A stretch of DNA of 64,000 nt from Pelagomonas calceolata (Eukaryota): assembly GCA_918797485.1 (NCBI GenBank), contig CAKKNE010000005.1, forward strand, positions 1,798,001-1,862,000, read 5' to 3'. Every line of letters starts with the position of its first letter. Position 1 is the first letter of the stretch. The notes below the pieces were generated by a model, which was not told the DNA's origin, made no database searches, and worked only from the letters and a program-made list of their open reading frames with translations. The translations under genes and the position numbers were made by a program. Below, piece by piece: positions 32,267-42,819 of the stretch.

Positions 32267-33991
32267 ATGATGATCGGCCGCGGCCCCGACCAGGGCTACC
32301 GGCGGTGCGACGCGGAGATCAAGGCGACCTGGGCGGCCTGCGCCGACCACGCCGCCGCCGCGCGGGCCCGCGAGGCGCCGCGGTCGCCCGCCGCGGAGGA
32401 GGCGGCCCGGCTCGCGCGGCGGCGGCGGCGCGAGGCGGCGCGGGCGACGCGCGACGACCGGGCGGACCGGCGGCGGCTCGCTGGCGCCACGAGCGCCCTG
32501 GGCGCCGGCGCCGGCCACGCCGGCTACACGCGACGCTTCGGCGGGCGGCTCGCCGTGCCCGTGGCGCACGAGCGCTACTCGCTCGCGCGGCGGGGCGGTG
32601 GCGTCGAGGTCCGCGCGCGCGCCGGCGGCGGCGCCGTGGCGCGGCGCCTCCTCCGCGGAGGCGCGCACAAAGCCCCCGCCGCGCCCGCACCCGTGGCGCC
32701 GCCGCCGCCGCCCCCGCGACCGCCGCTCCGCGTGCGCTACCTCCACGCGCGCGGCCGCGAGAAGCTCCGCGCGGCCGCGCGGCCGCCGCCAGACGCGCCG
32801 GATGCGCCCGGGTCGCCGCCCGCCTCCGCGCCGCGTCCAAATGCGGCGGCGCCGCCGCCCCCGAAAAACGTCGTCGCAGCCACGGTGGTCGGCTGGCGCG
32901 GCGCCGCCGCGCGCGGCCGGGCGGGCGCGGCGCTGCGCGTCTTCCTCGTCGCGCGCGGCGGCCGGCGGCGCCTCGTGGGCGACGTGCCCCTGCGGCTCCA
33001 CCTGCCGGGCGCCGTCGCGACCGGGACGCGCGTCGCGACGACCGCGCGGCCCGGGGACCGGCACGTCGTCCTGGACGTCGTCGGCCCCGCGGACGACGTC
33101 GTGGCCTCGCGGAAGCTCGGGCTCGGCGCGCTCGCGGCCGACGGCGACGCGGCGGCGGCGCCGCGGTGGGTCCGCTTCGCGAAGGACGCGCACGTCATGC
33201 TGGGCGTGGAACTGAGCGCGCGGGCGGCGGCGGCGGCGGCGCCGCCGCCGGCGGTCTCGCGCGAGGCCGCGCCGGCGGCACCGCCGGCGGCACCGCCGGC
33301 GGCACCGCCGCGGCGGCGGCGGCGAACGGACTGGCTGAGCGGCGGCGAGAGCTCCGGGCCGGTCCTGATCCAGCTCGTGCGCGCTCCGGGCGGCGTCGCG
33401 TCCCTCCAAATCCGGGAGGGCGCGGGCCTGTGTCGGCGCGTCGTCGGCGCGGCCGAGGCGGCCGTCGGCGGGGCGGCCGTCGCGGCGCTCGTCGAGCGCG
33501 GCGCGGCGCTCCGCCTCGCCGTTCGGCGCGGCGCGGGGGCGGCGACGCTGCGTTTCCACGGCGACGCGTGGGCCGGCCAACGTCGCCTGGCGTTGCGCGG
33601 CGGCGCCGCGCCCGCCTCGGGCGCCGCGGCAGTCGTGCGGTTGACGCCGCTCGCGGGGACGCTCGTCGCGATCAAGGTCGCCGCGGCGCCGCCGCCGGGC
33701 CGTACGCCGCGCAGGGTGGCGCCGCCCGAACCGCACGAATGCCTCGTCCACGACGGCGCGCTCCACTGCTTCCGCGCGGGCGAGGGCTTCGCCCGGCGCG
33801 TCGCCCTCGCGGGCGCGGCCGTCGACCGCGTCGCGGTCCGCGGCGCGACCCTGGTGCTCGCCGTGGCCCCGCCCGACGCGCCGGGCCGGATCTTGCTCGA
33901 CGCCTCGGGGCTCTCCCCCGACGCCGGCGAAGCGTTCGCGGCCACAGTCTTCGCCGCCGCCGAGGCGCCGCGCGGACGCGTAATTCCATGA
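32267..33991 (+). CDS. Hypothetical protein (possible C2-like beta domain)
   Basis: Long ORF with Ala-rich host-type composition flanked by AT-rich spacers; no firm family. Confidence 0.55.
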   Translation: MMIGRGPDQGYRRCDAEIKATWAACADHAAAARAREAPRSPAAEEAARLARRRRREAARATRDDRADRRRLAGATSALGAGAGHAGYTRRFGGRLAVPVAHERYSLARRGGGVEVRARAGGGAVARRLLRGGAHKAPAAPAPVAPPPPPPRPPLRVRYLHARGREKLRAAARPPPDAPDAPGSPPASAPRPNAAAPPPPKNVVAATVVGWRGAAARGRAGAALRVFLVARGGRRRLVGDVPLRLHLPGAVATGTRVATTARPGDRHVVLDVVGPADDVVASRKLGLGALAADGDAAAAPRWVRFAKDAHVMLGVELSARAAAAAAPPPAVSREAAPAAPPAAPPAAPPRRRRRTDWLSGGESSGPVLIQLVRAPGGVASLQIREGAGLCRRVVGAAEAAVGGAAVAALVERGAALRLAVRRGAGAATLRFHGDAWAGQRRLALRGGAAPASGAAAVVRLTPLAGTLVAIKVAAAPPPGRTPRRVAPPEPHECLVHDGALHCFRAGEGFARRVALAGAAVDRVAVRGATLVLAVAPPDAPGRILLDASGLSPDAGEAFAATVFAAAEAPRGRVIP

Positions 33992-34300
33992 TGATGTCAC
34001 GCGAGTCAGGTAGCCTGGCCGACGTCTAGAGGCTAGTAGAGCCGACGTCCAGGCCGTCACGGTGGGGGTCCGGGTCAAGCCTGATTTAAGGTCGTTATAA
34101 ATTACCGAGTACCACGGCGGTGCGACCCGGCTACTCGTCTACTATACTTCATCTATCGTGCGCCGGGAGCTATTGGAACGGTGCGCCGGCACACCCTAGT
34201 ACGTTATCCTTTTTCAGTTTTGCCGGCCGCTTTTTGCGACTTAGTGCTAAGCCCGACCAAGTAACGGCCGGCGCAGGGGCTGCTACCCACGAGCGGCAGC

Positions 34301-35710
34301 ATGGCCGGCGACAAGGACAAGAAGAAGAAGCGGTCGTCGAAGAAGGGCTCCAAGGACCGGGCCAAGTCGCGCGCCAAGCCGCTCGACGCCGAGGCCTTCG
34401 ACCGCGCCGCGACGACGCTCAACGACGCGACGGCCAAGCTGATGCGCGCCGCCGAGCGGCACGCGCTGGGCGACGTCAACCACGACGGGGCGCCGCCCGA
34501 CGACCGCGCGCGCTGGTACGAGGAGGGCCGGCGCGCGGGCCGCGACGAGGCGATCCTGCACGACGCGCCGCCCGACGCGGGCTCGCTGCTCGCGGCGCAG
34601 CTGCGGCCGCGCCACGGCGCCGACGACGAGCTCCGGCGCGCGCGGCGCCGCGCGGCCGAGCGCGCGCGCGTGCGGCGCTCGCGGTCGCCGGCGCCGCCGC
34701 CGGCCTACGACGCCGTCGCGCGGCCGCCCCGCGCGGCGCGCGACGCGCCGCCGCCGCCGCCGGCCGCGGCGTTCGGCGCCGCGGCGCCCCTCTTCACGCA
34801 CTTCTCGGAGACGTGCGGCGCGCCGCTCACCGCCGAGGGCGCCGACGCCGCCGCCGCGCGGGGCCACGAGGTCGTCGAGCTCGAGAAGGCCTACCGGAGC
34901 CGCCTCGACGCGCTCCGGCAGCTCCTCGTGGCGAAGCTGCTCCCGCGGCGCGACCGCCTCGCGGCGGCGGCGCGCTGGGTGCGCGACCGCGCCGAGGCCT
35001 TCGACCGCGCGTTCGACCGGCTGGACGCCGAGGCGCGGCGCGACGCCGACGCGCTGCTCGGGCGGCTGCGCGACGCGCACCAGGCCCGGAGCGCGGAGCT
35101 CGGCCGCGCCGCCGAGCAGCTCGCGCAGGACGTGGCCGACGTCGACCGCCTCGCGCTCGAGGCGTCCAACGCCGAGGCCGACGCCGCCGCGGAGAAGGCG
35201 CCCGCGTCCAAGGTCGGCTTCGTGCACCGCTTCGCGGAGCTCTGCCACGAGGTCGAGGAGGTCGCCGGCCTCGAGCTGCCGCGGCTCCCCGACGCGGACC
35301 CGGACGCGGCGCTGCCGCGCGAGCTCCAGGAGCGCCTCGCCGCGCTGGCGAACGCGGAGGGGTGGCGCGAGGCCCTCGACGTCAAGGACGAGATGCTCTG
35401 GGAGCTCGCGGACCGCCTCGCGGCCGCCGACGCGGCCCTCGCGAAGGAGAAGACCCTGACGGAGGACTACGCCGGCGAGGTGGCCCACTGGGTCGACCTC
35501 GCGAAGGACCTGCGCGGCCAGCTCGACGCCGCGCGCGCGCGCGCGGACGCGGCGGGCGACGAGCGGCGGCGCCTGCGCACGCTCGAGCGCGAGGCCGAGC
35601 TGCGCGCGGACGAGCTGGCGGCCGCGCGCGCCGAGGCCGGGGACCTGCGCGAGGAGCTCCGGCGCCTGCGCGCCGACGCCGCGGCCGCGGCCGGCGGCGG
35701 CGACGCCTAG
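34301..35710 (+). CDS. Coiled-coil hypothetical protein
   Basis: 469-aa ORF, basic N-terminus, heptad-rich C-terminal half. Confidence 0.7.
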   Translation: MAGDKDKKKKRSSKKGSKDRAKSRAKPLDAEAFDRAATTLNDATAKLMRAAERHALGDVNHDGAPPDDRARWYEEGRRAGRDEAILHDAPPDAGSLLAAQLRPRHGADDELRRARRRAAERARVRRSRSPAPPPAYDAVARPPRAARDAPPPPPAAAFGAAAPLFTHFSETCGAPLTAEGADAAAARGHEVVELEKAYRSRLDALRQLLVAKLLPRRDRLAAAARWVRDRAEAFDRAFDRLDAEARRDADALLGRLRDAHQARSAELGRAAEQLAQDVADVDRLALEASNAEADAAAEKAPASKVGFVHRFAELCHEVEEVAGLELPRLPDADPDAALPRELQERLAALANAEGWREALDVKDEMLWELADRLAAADAALAKEKTLTEDYAGEVAHWVDLAKDLRGQLDAARARADAAGDERRRLRTLEREAELRADELAAARAEAGDLREELRRLRADAAAAAGGGDA

Positions 35711-35930
35711 GTCCACCCCCCCCCGCGAGGAGTAACCCGGCGACGCTTAGTCCGGCCGCCGGGGCGTGTCTCGAGCGGCGAGATGAACGCGTGGCGCAGC
35801 CTCTCGGACGGCTCGCGCCGGCGGGCCAGACTCGGAGAGGACACCGCCTTTCCATGATAATTCTGGCCGTGGAGACACGTAGAGGCGGGTTTTGGATGCG
35901 CCAAGGGACGTGACGACCTGACGTTTTTTA

Positions 35931-36059
35931 GGCTCAGGCTTTGAGGCTGAGGCTGAGGCTAGTTACGTCGCAGGGTTCCCCGTACCCCTCCCGCTCCCCC
36001 CGGGCCCACCCGTCCGGCTGGACTAGGACGCAAGGGCTGAGTCACAGGGACTCGCACGC
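35931..36059 (-). repeat. Dispersed ~115-130-bp repeat, copy A (SINE/LINE 3'-end-like, (AGCCTC/G)n tail)
   Basis: Reverse complement of 57058-57171 with few mismatches. Confidence 0.85.
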
Positions 36060-36790
36060 CCCCCCTTTTTTGGGACGACCCCCGTCAGGGTGTGGAAACT
36101 GGCCACTGGCTCCTCTTTTATGACGAGCCGGAAATCAAGTGGTGAGAGAGATGCCCTCGCACACCAGGCCGAGCAATCCTGAAGCGAGGAGCGAGAGCCC
36201 GACCCGCCCAGACGGCCCTTGACAATAACTCGTCGGAACGGAACTAATGGGTTCAATGGATGCCCCAGCGATTCGGAGGGCCTGCGAAAGCTCGGCCGGC
36301 GCGGCCAAGGTTACGGGGGGCGGCATGCCGCCGCCCCCAACGCCTCCCAGGTCGAGACCAGCTCCGCTCCGTAGGGTCGGTCCGGTCGCAGGCAAATGAG
36401 GCTCGCCGCCATGCCGGCGGCAGAACTTCAGGAAACGGGCCGGATACCACCGAACGCGCACCACTCGATGCCCGAGTATGGCTTTGTGCTAGTATGTTAC
36501 ATTGTAGGTGGGGGTGCTTGCTACGAGTCCTTGCTCTACCGTGCGTACATCCATCGCGCCAGTGCATCGCCCTACCAAACGAAAAGCGTGTCGTGGTCGT
36601 CGCTGTGGGCGAAACGCCGACGAGGTGGCGCTGTTTGGAGCAACCTGACGAGCACTAAGACAAAGCTAAAGATAAATCACTTGCGATCGAGCCCAGAGCC
36701 TCCAGAGCTCGCGGGGTTCTACGTCGACAGCCATTGGTGCTACGGACTAGGCTTTCAACACAACTGCTGGCTGGACGTGCGCAAATACTC

Positions 36791-37480
36791 ATGTCGGCCC
36801 TCGCCGAGGCGGAGGAGGACGCGGACACGCCGGCCCGGGACCACTGGAGCCTGCTCTCGCAGGGCGCCGAGGCCCGCGTCTACGGCCTGGACCTCTGCGG
36901 CCTGCCGGCCGTGGCCAAGCACCGGCACCGCAAGGCCTACCGCATCGCGGCGCTCGACGGCCGGCTGCGGCGCGACCGGACGCTCGCCGAGGCTCGCGCG
37001 CTCGCGCGCTGCCGCGCGCGGGGCGTGCCGGCGCCGGCGGTGCTGGGCGTCGACGCCGCGCGCTGCGTGCTCTACCTCGAGCGCGTGCCGGGCCCGACGG
37101 CCCGGGCCTTCGTGGACGCGAACCGCGCGGACCCCGCGCGCCTCGGGGCCGTGCTCGCGGCCCTCGGCGGCGCCGTCGCGCGGCTCCACGCGGCCGGGCT
37201 CGTGCACGGCGACCTCACGACCTCGAACGCCGTCTGCCGCGCCGCGGACGACGTCGTGCTCATCGACTTCGGCCTGGCCGGCGCCTCGGCGCAGGTCGAG
37301 GACCGGGCCGTGGACCTCTACGTGCTGGAGCGGGCCCTCGCGTCGACGCACCGGGACGCGGACGGCCTCGTGGCGGCGGTGCTCGCGGCCTACGCCGCCG
37401 CGGCGGCCGACGCGAAGCAGGTCCTCCGGCGACTCGACGCCGTCCGCGCGCGCGGCCGGAAGCGCGAGTGCTTCGGGTAA
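36791..37480 (+). CDS. BUD32: KEOPS complex kinase Bud32/TP53RK
   Basis: LLSQGAEARVY, KAYRI.LD.RL...RT..EAR, HGDLTTSN, LIDFGL, EDRAVDLYVLERA, VRARGRKRECFG. Confidence 0.95.
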   Translation: MSALAEAEEDADTPARDHWSLLSQGAEARVYGLDLCGLPAVAKHRHRKAYRIAALDGRLRRDRTLAEARALARCRARGVPAPAVLGVDAARCVLYLERVPGPTARAFVDANRADPARLGAVLAALGGAVARLHAAGLVHGDLTTSNAVCRAADDVVLIDFGLAGASAQVEDRAVDLYVLERALASTHRDADGLVAAVLAAYAAAAADAKQVLRRLDAVRARGRKRECFG

Positions 37481-37489
37481 ACCGGGTTT

Positions 37490-39520
37490 TTAGTGCGGCG
37501 GCGCGGGCGAGACGGGGGGGGTGACGACGGGGGCGTCGACGGACCCTTGGAGGCGGAAGCCGAGGTCCGCGAGGCTCGCGCGCCCGTAGTCGTTCAGGAG
37601 TTTCGTCTCCTTGATGGTGTAGAACGAGACGGCGACGCGCCGGCCGGTGTACGGCTCGACGCCGTGGAGCTCTTGCTTCGCGTCGAAGACGAAGAACGGC
37701 CCGCCGTCGCCGCCGCGCGCGAGGTTCGCCCTCTGGCGCACGTCGACGGGCGCCGCCTCCCGGGCCGGCAGGCGCAGGCCGCCGCCGGCGAAGTCGCCGA
37801 CGGCCATCAGCCGCGACTCCGCGACGTTGAACTCGTCGACGTGGAGGCCTCTCGTCCGACGGTCGTAGCTGCCGTCGCCGAAGCACACGTAGACCGAGCT
37901 GCACAGCGCGTCGCTGGGCGCCCAGCGCGCAAAGTAGCGGAGTAGCAGCTGCAGGAGGTACGGCCAGCGGGCCGTGTCGGCGCCGACGCCGTCCTTCCCG
38001 CCGCGCGTCACGAGCCCGAGGTTGAGCGTCGTGAGCCCGCCGTGCTCGCCCGCGCACCGCTCGATCGCCGCCGCGACGGCGTCGTGATCGCCGACGTCCA
38101 CGTCCTCCGCGGCGAGCCAGGTGTCGCTGCGCGGCAGGCGTCTGTCCTCGATCCAGACCCATTTCGTGCCGTAATTGTTCAGGGCGAGACGCGCGTCGCG
38201 CCGCTCGCCCGCCGCGTCGACGGTCGAAACGCTCTCCTTCGGAATCGGGCAGCCCCGCCGGCGCCGGCTGAGGTCGATCTCGAAGTTGTACTCCTTGCCG
38301 GCGCCGAGCGCGCGCGTGATTCGCCCCGGGAACCATCCGCGCGCTTCGCCGGACGTGGCGTCCCATTTGTAGAGAATCTGGGGCCTGGAGTAGTCGCTCC
38401 GGGTGCGGCGCCTGGTCGCCTCGCGCGGCAGGCGCGCCCGCCACTCCTCGAGGGCGGCCGCGACGCGCGTCAGGTCGCCGTCGGGCTTGACGACGAAGGG
38501 CCAGCCCGGCTGCGCGATCGGCGGGCCAACTTCGGCCGGCGGCCGGTTCTCTTCTATCCATACCCGCGGGCGGCGGCGGCGCCGTTTGGGCGCCGCCCGC
38601 GCCGCCCGCGCCGCCCGCCGCACGGCCCGCCGCGCGCAAATGGCGCACGTGAATTCTTCTTCGGCGCCGGGGACGGCCGCGAGCCCCGTGCACTCGAGGT
38701 GGGCGTCGCCGTCGCACTCGTCGCAGATCAGTACGCTGTTCGGGTCGTTGGCCGCCGTCGACGCCAGGCAGAGCACGCACTTGTCCTCCGGCCGCGGCGC
38801 GCAGTCCGGGCAGTACCAGTCCCCGTCGGGCACCTTGTCTAGTCCCGTGCACGACCTGTGTGGAAATCACGCAGTGAGGTTAGGGGACGACGCCGCGTCG
38901 ATGGCGTGGAGCGCCCAAAATTTGATTTCCACACAGTGTCACAGGTGGACCTCCGCCTCGCACTGCCGGTTGTCGCAGACGAGGACCTCATCCATCGCCA
39001 GGCCCGCGGCCGTGAGCGTCGTGCCGCCGCAACAGGCGCACGTGTCGTCCCGCTCGTCGTCGTCGTCGCTGTCGGTCGCGTCGGGGTCGCCGCGCGGCCG
39101 CTTCGGCGGCCGCTTCGGCGCCGCGCGCGCGGGCGGCCCGTCGCCGAGGCGCTCGGCGCGTAGCTCCGCGCGGATGCGCAGGGTCTTGCGCGTCATGGCG
39201 AAGAAGTCCAGCATGTCGAACGGGGCAGCCACGAAGTGCGTCGCGGTCGGCGGGAAGTCGTAGAACGGCCTGGACCAGCGCTGGCGTACCGGCCAAATCA
39301 GGAAGCTCACGTCGGTGGGAGTTGGGGGAGGCGGTGTGGCCCGGCGCGGGGGCGGGGGCTCGGGCCGCTGCAGCAAGTAGGCGAGCGCGGACTTGCGCCA
39401 CTTCCACTGCTTCCGCCGCCTCTTCATCTTCGGGACCGCGCGGGCGCCGAAGAAGCCCGTCGCGTAGGTCTGGCGCACGGGCGGTACAACAAAAAAGTCC
39501 GGAGGGGCAGCAGGTTCCAT
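37490..39520 (-). CDS. PHD-PHD-Tudor-like protein with C-terminal 2OG-Fe(II) dioxygenase (TET/JBP-like). Exons 39520-38943, 38855-37490; 647 aa
   Basis: PHD1 CACC..VLVCDNRQCEAEVHL|SCTGLDKVPDGDWYCPDC; PHD2 CVLC..LICDECDGDAHLEC..FTCAIC; dioxygenase LHVDEFN..S..AVGDFAGGGL..FDAKQELHGVEPYTGRRVAVSFY. Confidence 0.82.
38856..38942 (-). mobile_element. Introner intron (87 nt, GT-AG); element 38856-38936, decayed TSD
   Basis: TIRs CTGTGTGGAAATCA / TGATTTCCACACAG; internal GCGTCGATGGCGTGGAG; removal rebuilds a PHD finger and removes an in-frame stop. Confidence 0.9.
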
Positions 39521-39597
39521 GGTACCGGCGTCCTGCTGCTGGTTTGGCGGGAGGTGAATTCAGGAGCCCGGCTCTCTCGGCTCTCTGCCTGACCGAG

Positions 39598-39989
39598 AGG
39601 GGGGGGAGCGAGGGTGTGAGAATCCGTCTTCACACTCACATCTACGCGTCTGACGCGTCCTCACACTCACATCTAAGCGCAAAATCTCACACCTGGACGC
39701 CTGTAAATTCGGGTTTTAAACGATTTTTTGCCTAAAAATCGCTAAATTTAGCCTCAAAAAGTGCTGAAAGAGCCGCCACGCGTGCTTGGCAGACCAATTC
39801 AGAGCCTGGAAGACGACATGGCCGGAAATACAGTCATTTTGGCGCCGCCGGCTGCCCCGCGCAGCGCGGCGCCGGGGCGACCCGCACGGTCGCCCGTGTC
39901 TCACATCTAACTGCGACCGGTCTCACACTCACACTTACCCCTCCAAACGGGTCTCACACTCACATCTCACACCCTCGCTCCCCCCCCCT
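39598..39989. mobile_element. MITE-like non-autonomous DNA element (~390 bp)
   Basis: TIRs AG8AGCGAGGGTGTGAGA / TCTCACACCCTCGCTC9T; multiple subterminal TCACACTCACATCT repeats; flanks ACCGAG / TCCGAG. Confidence 0.75.
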
Positions 39990-40344
39990 TCCGAGGTCCG
40001 AGGAGGGGATCGATCTTCTTATCTTATTTCCCCCCCCTTATAAGGGGGTCACGACCAGGGCTCATGAGAGTACTACCGGACTACTCCCCAGGACCCCTCC
40101 AAAACACTTTGCTTATGCCGCGCCGCCGCGGCGCGCGGTCGTACTACTAGGCTACCTCGTCTCATGCAGCCCCAAGCCGGCGCAGCAGCCCCGTCGTGAT
40201 GGATCGCGTGATGAGAGCAGCGGTGCGAGAAATGCGCACTCATTCAAGGGCAGTGACCCGCGGAGACGAAGGCCCGCGGGCGGTGCTGTGCTTGCTGCTC
40301 GCCTAACTGCATCTAGTATTACACGCGCGTCATCCGCCGCCCAC

Positions 40345-40968
40345 CTAGATGAGCTTGTTGAACGAGTCGAGCGAGGACATCATGGCGCCGTAGGCGTCCT
40401 GCGCGGCGGCCTGCTTCTTGCGCTTGCAGAGGAGGTTGACGGCCTCCATGTCCTGGTAGAACTGCTTCGCCGCCGCCTTGGCGCCGGGCTGGGCCGAGGG
40501 CCCCGCCGCGAGGTAGTTCATCGTGTTGCGCATGTTGTAGACCTGGCCGTCGAGGTCGCGGCGCACGCTCTCCCAGTTCTTCTTGCCGATGGCCGCGTCG
40601 ACGCCCTTGACGCGGCGCTCGGACTCGGCGAGCATCTTCTTCTTGAAGTCGATCTCCTTGGCGTTGTACTTCTTGTACACCGCCTTCTCGTCGCCGAGCT
40701 TGCCGTACACCGAGTAGGGCGAGTACGTCGGCGTGGTCTGGTCCGTGCCGTACATCGCGCCCTCGGACATCGTGCCGCCGTTGCCGAAGAAGCCGAAGAA
40801 GGAGAACTTGGGCGAGTCGCCGGCCGACGCGACGGCCGCCTGCGCGCCGAGCGCGCCGACGGCGGCCACGAGGCCCTGGCCAAGCTCCCTCCGCGTCTGC
40901 GCCGCGGGCTTCGAGCCCGGCGCCAGCGCGGCCGCGCCGGCGGCGAGGGCCAGAACGATGCGGGCCAT
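40345..40968 (-). CDS. psbQ: Photosystem II extrinsic protein PsbQ (red-lineage PsbQ'/OEE3)
   Basis: Signal peptide MARIVLALAAGAAAL, twin-Arg TRRE lumen-targeting leader, then TYSPYSVYG and the four-helix KKNWESVR..YNMRNTMNYL..AKQFYQDME. ATG is preceded by CCGCAG, a possible 5' intron. Confidence 0.85.
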   Translation of the reverse strand: MARIVLALAAGAAALAPGSKPAAQTRRELGQGLVAAVGALGAQAAVASAGDSPKFSFFGFFGNGGTMSEGAMYGTDQTTPTYSPYSVYGKLGDEKAVYKKYNAKEIDFKKKMLAESERRVKGVDAAIGKKNWESVRRDLDGQVYNMRNTMNYLAAGPSAQPGAKAAAKQFYQDMEAVNLLCKRKKQAAAQDAYGAMMSSLDSFNKLI

Positions 40969-41724
40969 CTGCGGGGGGCGCGCGCGTCCGCGACGCGTCC
41001 GTGGTCGCTCTCGCGGGCGCGCGGCGCGCGCCGCGGGCGTGCTCTCTCGGCGCGCGGCGCGCGGCCGGCGCCGCCGACGCGCGCGCGCGCTGCGAGCGCT
41101 CGCGCGCGCGCGTCGGTCGTAGCGCCGCCCGCCGCCGGCGCCGGCGGGCCGCCGGCGGGGAGTCCGTGCGCGCCTCGTGCCTCGTCGGGGCCGCCGACCG
41201 CGACAGCAAGCGGCCAAACGACGGCACGCCGGCGCCGAGCGCCGCTACAGCGCTTGTGGCGACACAGCCCAGTCGCTGCGGCCCCCCAGACAAGGCACGC
41301 GGGCCACCGTATTGCTCCAGCCGCCGCGTCCGTGGTTCCTTCAATAGCCCCTGCGGTTGTTTGTCACGCTGCTAATTGACATTGCTGAACGAGCGCAACC
41401 TAATTAGCAAAGATGATCCTGCAACCAAAACACAGTCGGACGGGTTGCTCGAAATTGGTCCGACGAGTCCTCGCCCAGCCTTCAAGCAAGGGAGACGAGC
41501 CTTCCCGGAGGCGTTCCGGAGCGGGCCTGCGCGCGCGGCCCGTCGCCGCGCGAGGTGTGGTGAGCGGCTGGCCGGTGCGCATCCGCATCGTGCTTGCGTT
41601 TTTTGGTACCCTTTCATTCTTTTTGCAAAGCTGCGGTGGATTTCTCTGGACGGGGGGCATCGATTTTAGCCGGAGAGCACTCTCTCTTTGCACAGCTGAG
41701 GCCCTGAAGCACCGCAGCACACGA

Positions 41725-42819
41725 ATGGTGCCCTTCCGCTGGGCCATCACGAGCGCCGGCAAGATCGCCGCGGACTTCGCGCACGCCGTGCGCCAGCTCG
41801 AGGGCCACGAGGTCGTGGCCGTGGCGGCGCGCAGCGAGGCGGCGGCGCGCGAGTTCTGCGCGCGGCACGCCCGCGGCGCGGCGGCGTACGGCGGCTACGA
41901 GGCCATGTTCCGCTGCGACCGGCACGGCGCCGACGCGTGCTACGTCGCGACGCGGCCCGACTCGCACCGCGCGCTCTGCGAGCGGCTCATCGCGCGCCGC
42001 GTGCCGACGCTCTGCGAGAAGCCGCTCGCGACGTCGGTGGACGACGTCGCGGCGCTCTACGCCGCCGCCGCCGCCAGCCGCACCTTCCTCATGGAGGGCG
42101 TCTGGACGCGCTGCTTCCCCGCGACGGCCAAGGCCCGCGAGCTGCTGCGGGGCGGCGCGATCGGCGACGTCGTCGCCGTGCAGGCCGAGTTCGGCTACGC
42201 CATCGCGAACGGCTGCCCCGACGGCGTGCGGGGGTCCGCGGCGACGGGGGGCATGGGCCGCGACATCGGCGTGTACCTCGCGGAGAAGGCGCTCCTGGCC
42301 TTCGACTCGCGCGACTACGACCTCGCCGACGCGCGCGGCGTCGCCGTGCTGGGGCGCGGCGACGGCGTCGACCTCACGGTCGCGGCCAGCGCCCGCATGG
42401 TCGGCCGCGACCCGAAGCGGCGGGGCGGCGTCGCCTCGCTGCTCTGGACGGGCCAGTGCGACACGCCGGAGGTCTGCGCGGTCCTGGGCACCGCCGGGTC
42501 GCTCCGCTTCGCCGCGACGCACCACACGCCGCGCACGCTCGAAGTCACGACGCGCACGTCGCGCACCGCGTCCCGGACGGAGGTGCTCGACTTCCCCGAG
42601 CCCGGCGACGACGGCGCGCACCGGTGGAACTACCCCGGCTCCATCTCGCTCCAGTACGAGGCGGCGAGCGTCGCGCGCGCGGTGCGGGCCGGCGCCGTCG
42701 AGGCGCCCGAGTGGACGCACGCGGACTCGCTCGCCGCGCACCGCATCGTGGAGCGCGTCCGGGACCAGTGCTACGCGCCGACCGCCGACGTGGACGCGGC
42801 GAAGCCGGGCGACTTCTAG
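41725..42819 (+). CDS. Gfo/Idh/MocA oxidoreductase (dihydrodiol dehydrogenase-like)
   Basis: RWAITSAGKIAADF, VAVAARS, YVAT..SH, LCEKP, FLMEGVWTRCFP, DIGVY. Confidence 0.9.
   Translation: MVPFRWAITSAGKIAADFAHAVRQLEGHEVVAVAARSEAAAREFCARHARGAAAYGGYEAMFRCDRHGADACYVATRPDSHRALCERLIARRVPTLCEKPLATSVDDVAALYAAAAASRTFLMEGVWTRCFPATAKARELLRGGAIGDVVAVQAEFGYAIANGCPDGVRGSAATGGMGRDIGVYLAEKALLAFDSRDYDLADARGVAVLGRGDGVDLTVAASARMVGRDPKRRGGVASLLWTGQCDTPEVCAVLGTAGSLRFAATHHTPRTLEVTTRTSRTASRTEVLDFPEPGDDGAHRWNYPGSISLQYEAASVARAVRAGAVEAPEWTHADSLAAHRIVERVRDQCYAPTADVDAAKPGDF

Noticed and set aside
40005..40050. CCCCCTTATAAGGGGG palindrome as a terminator
   Set aside because: Short and homopolymer-driven; rho-independent terminators do not apply to a eukaryotic nuclear locus.
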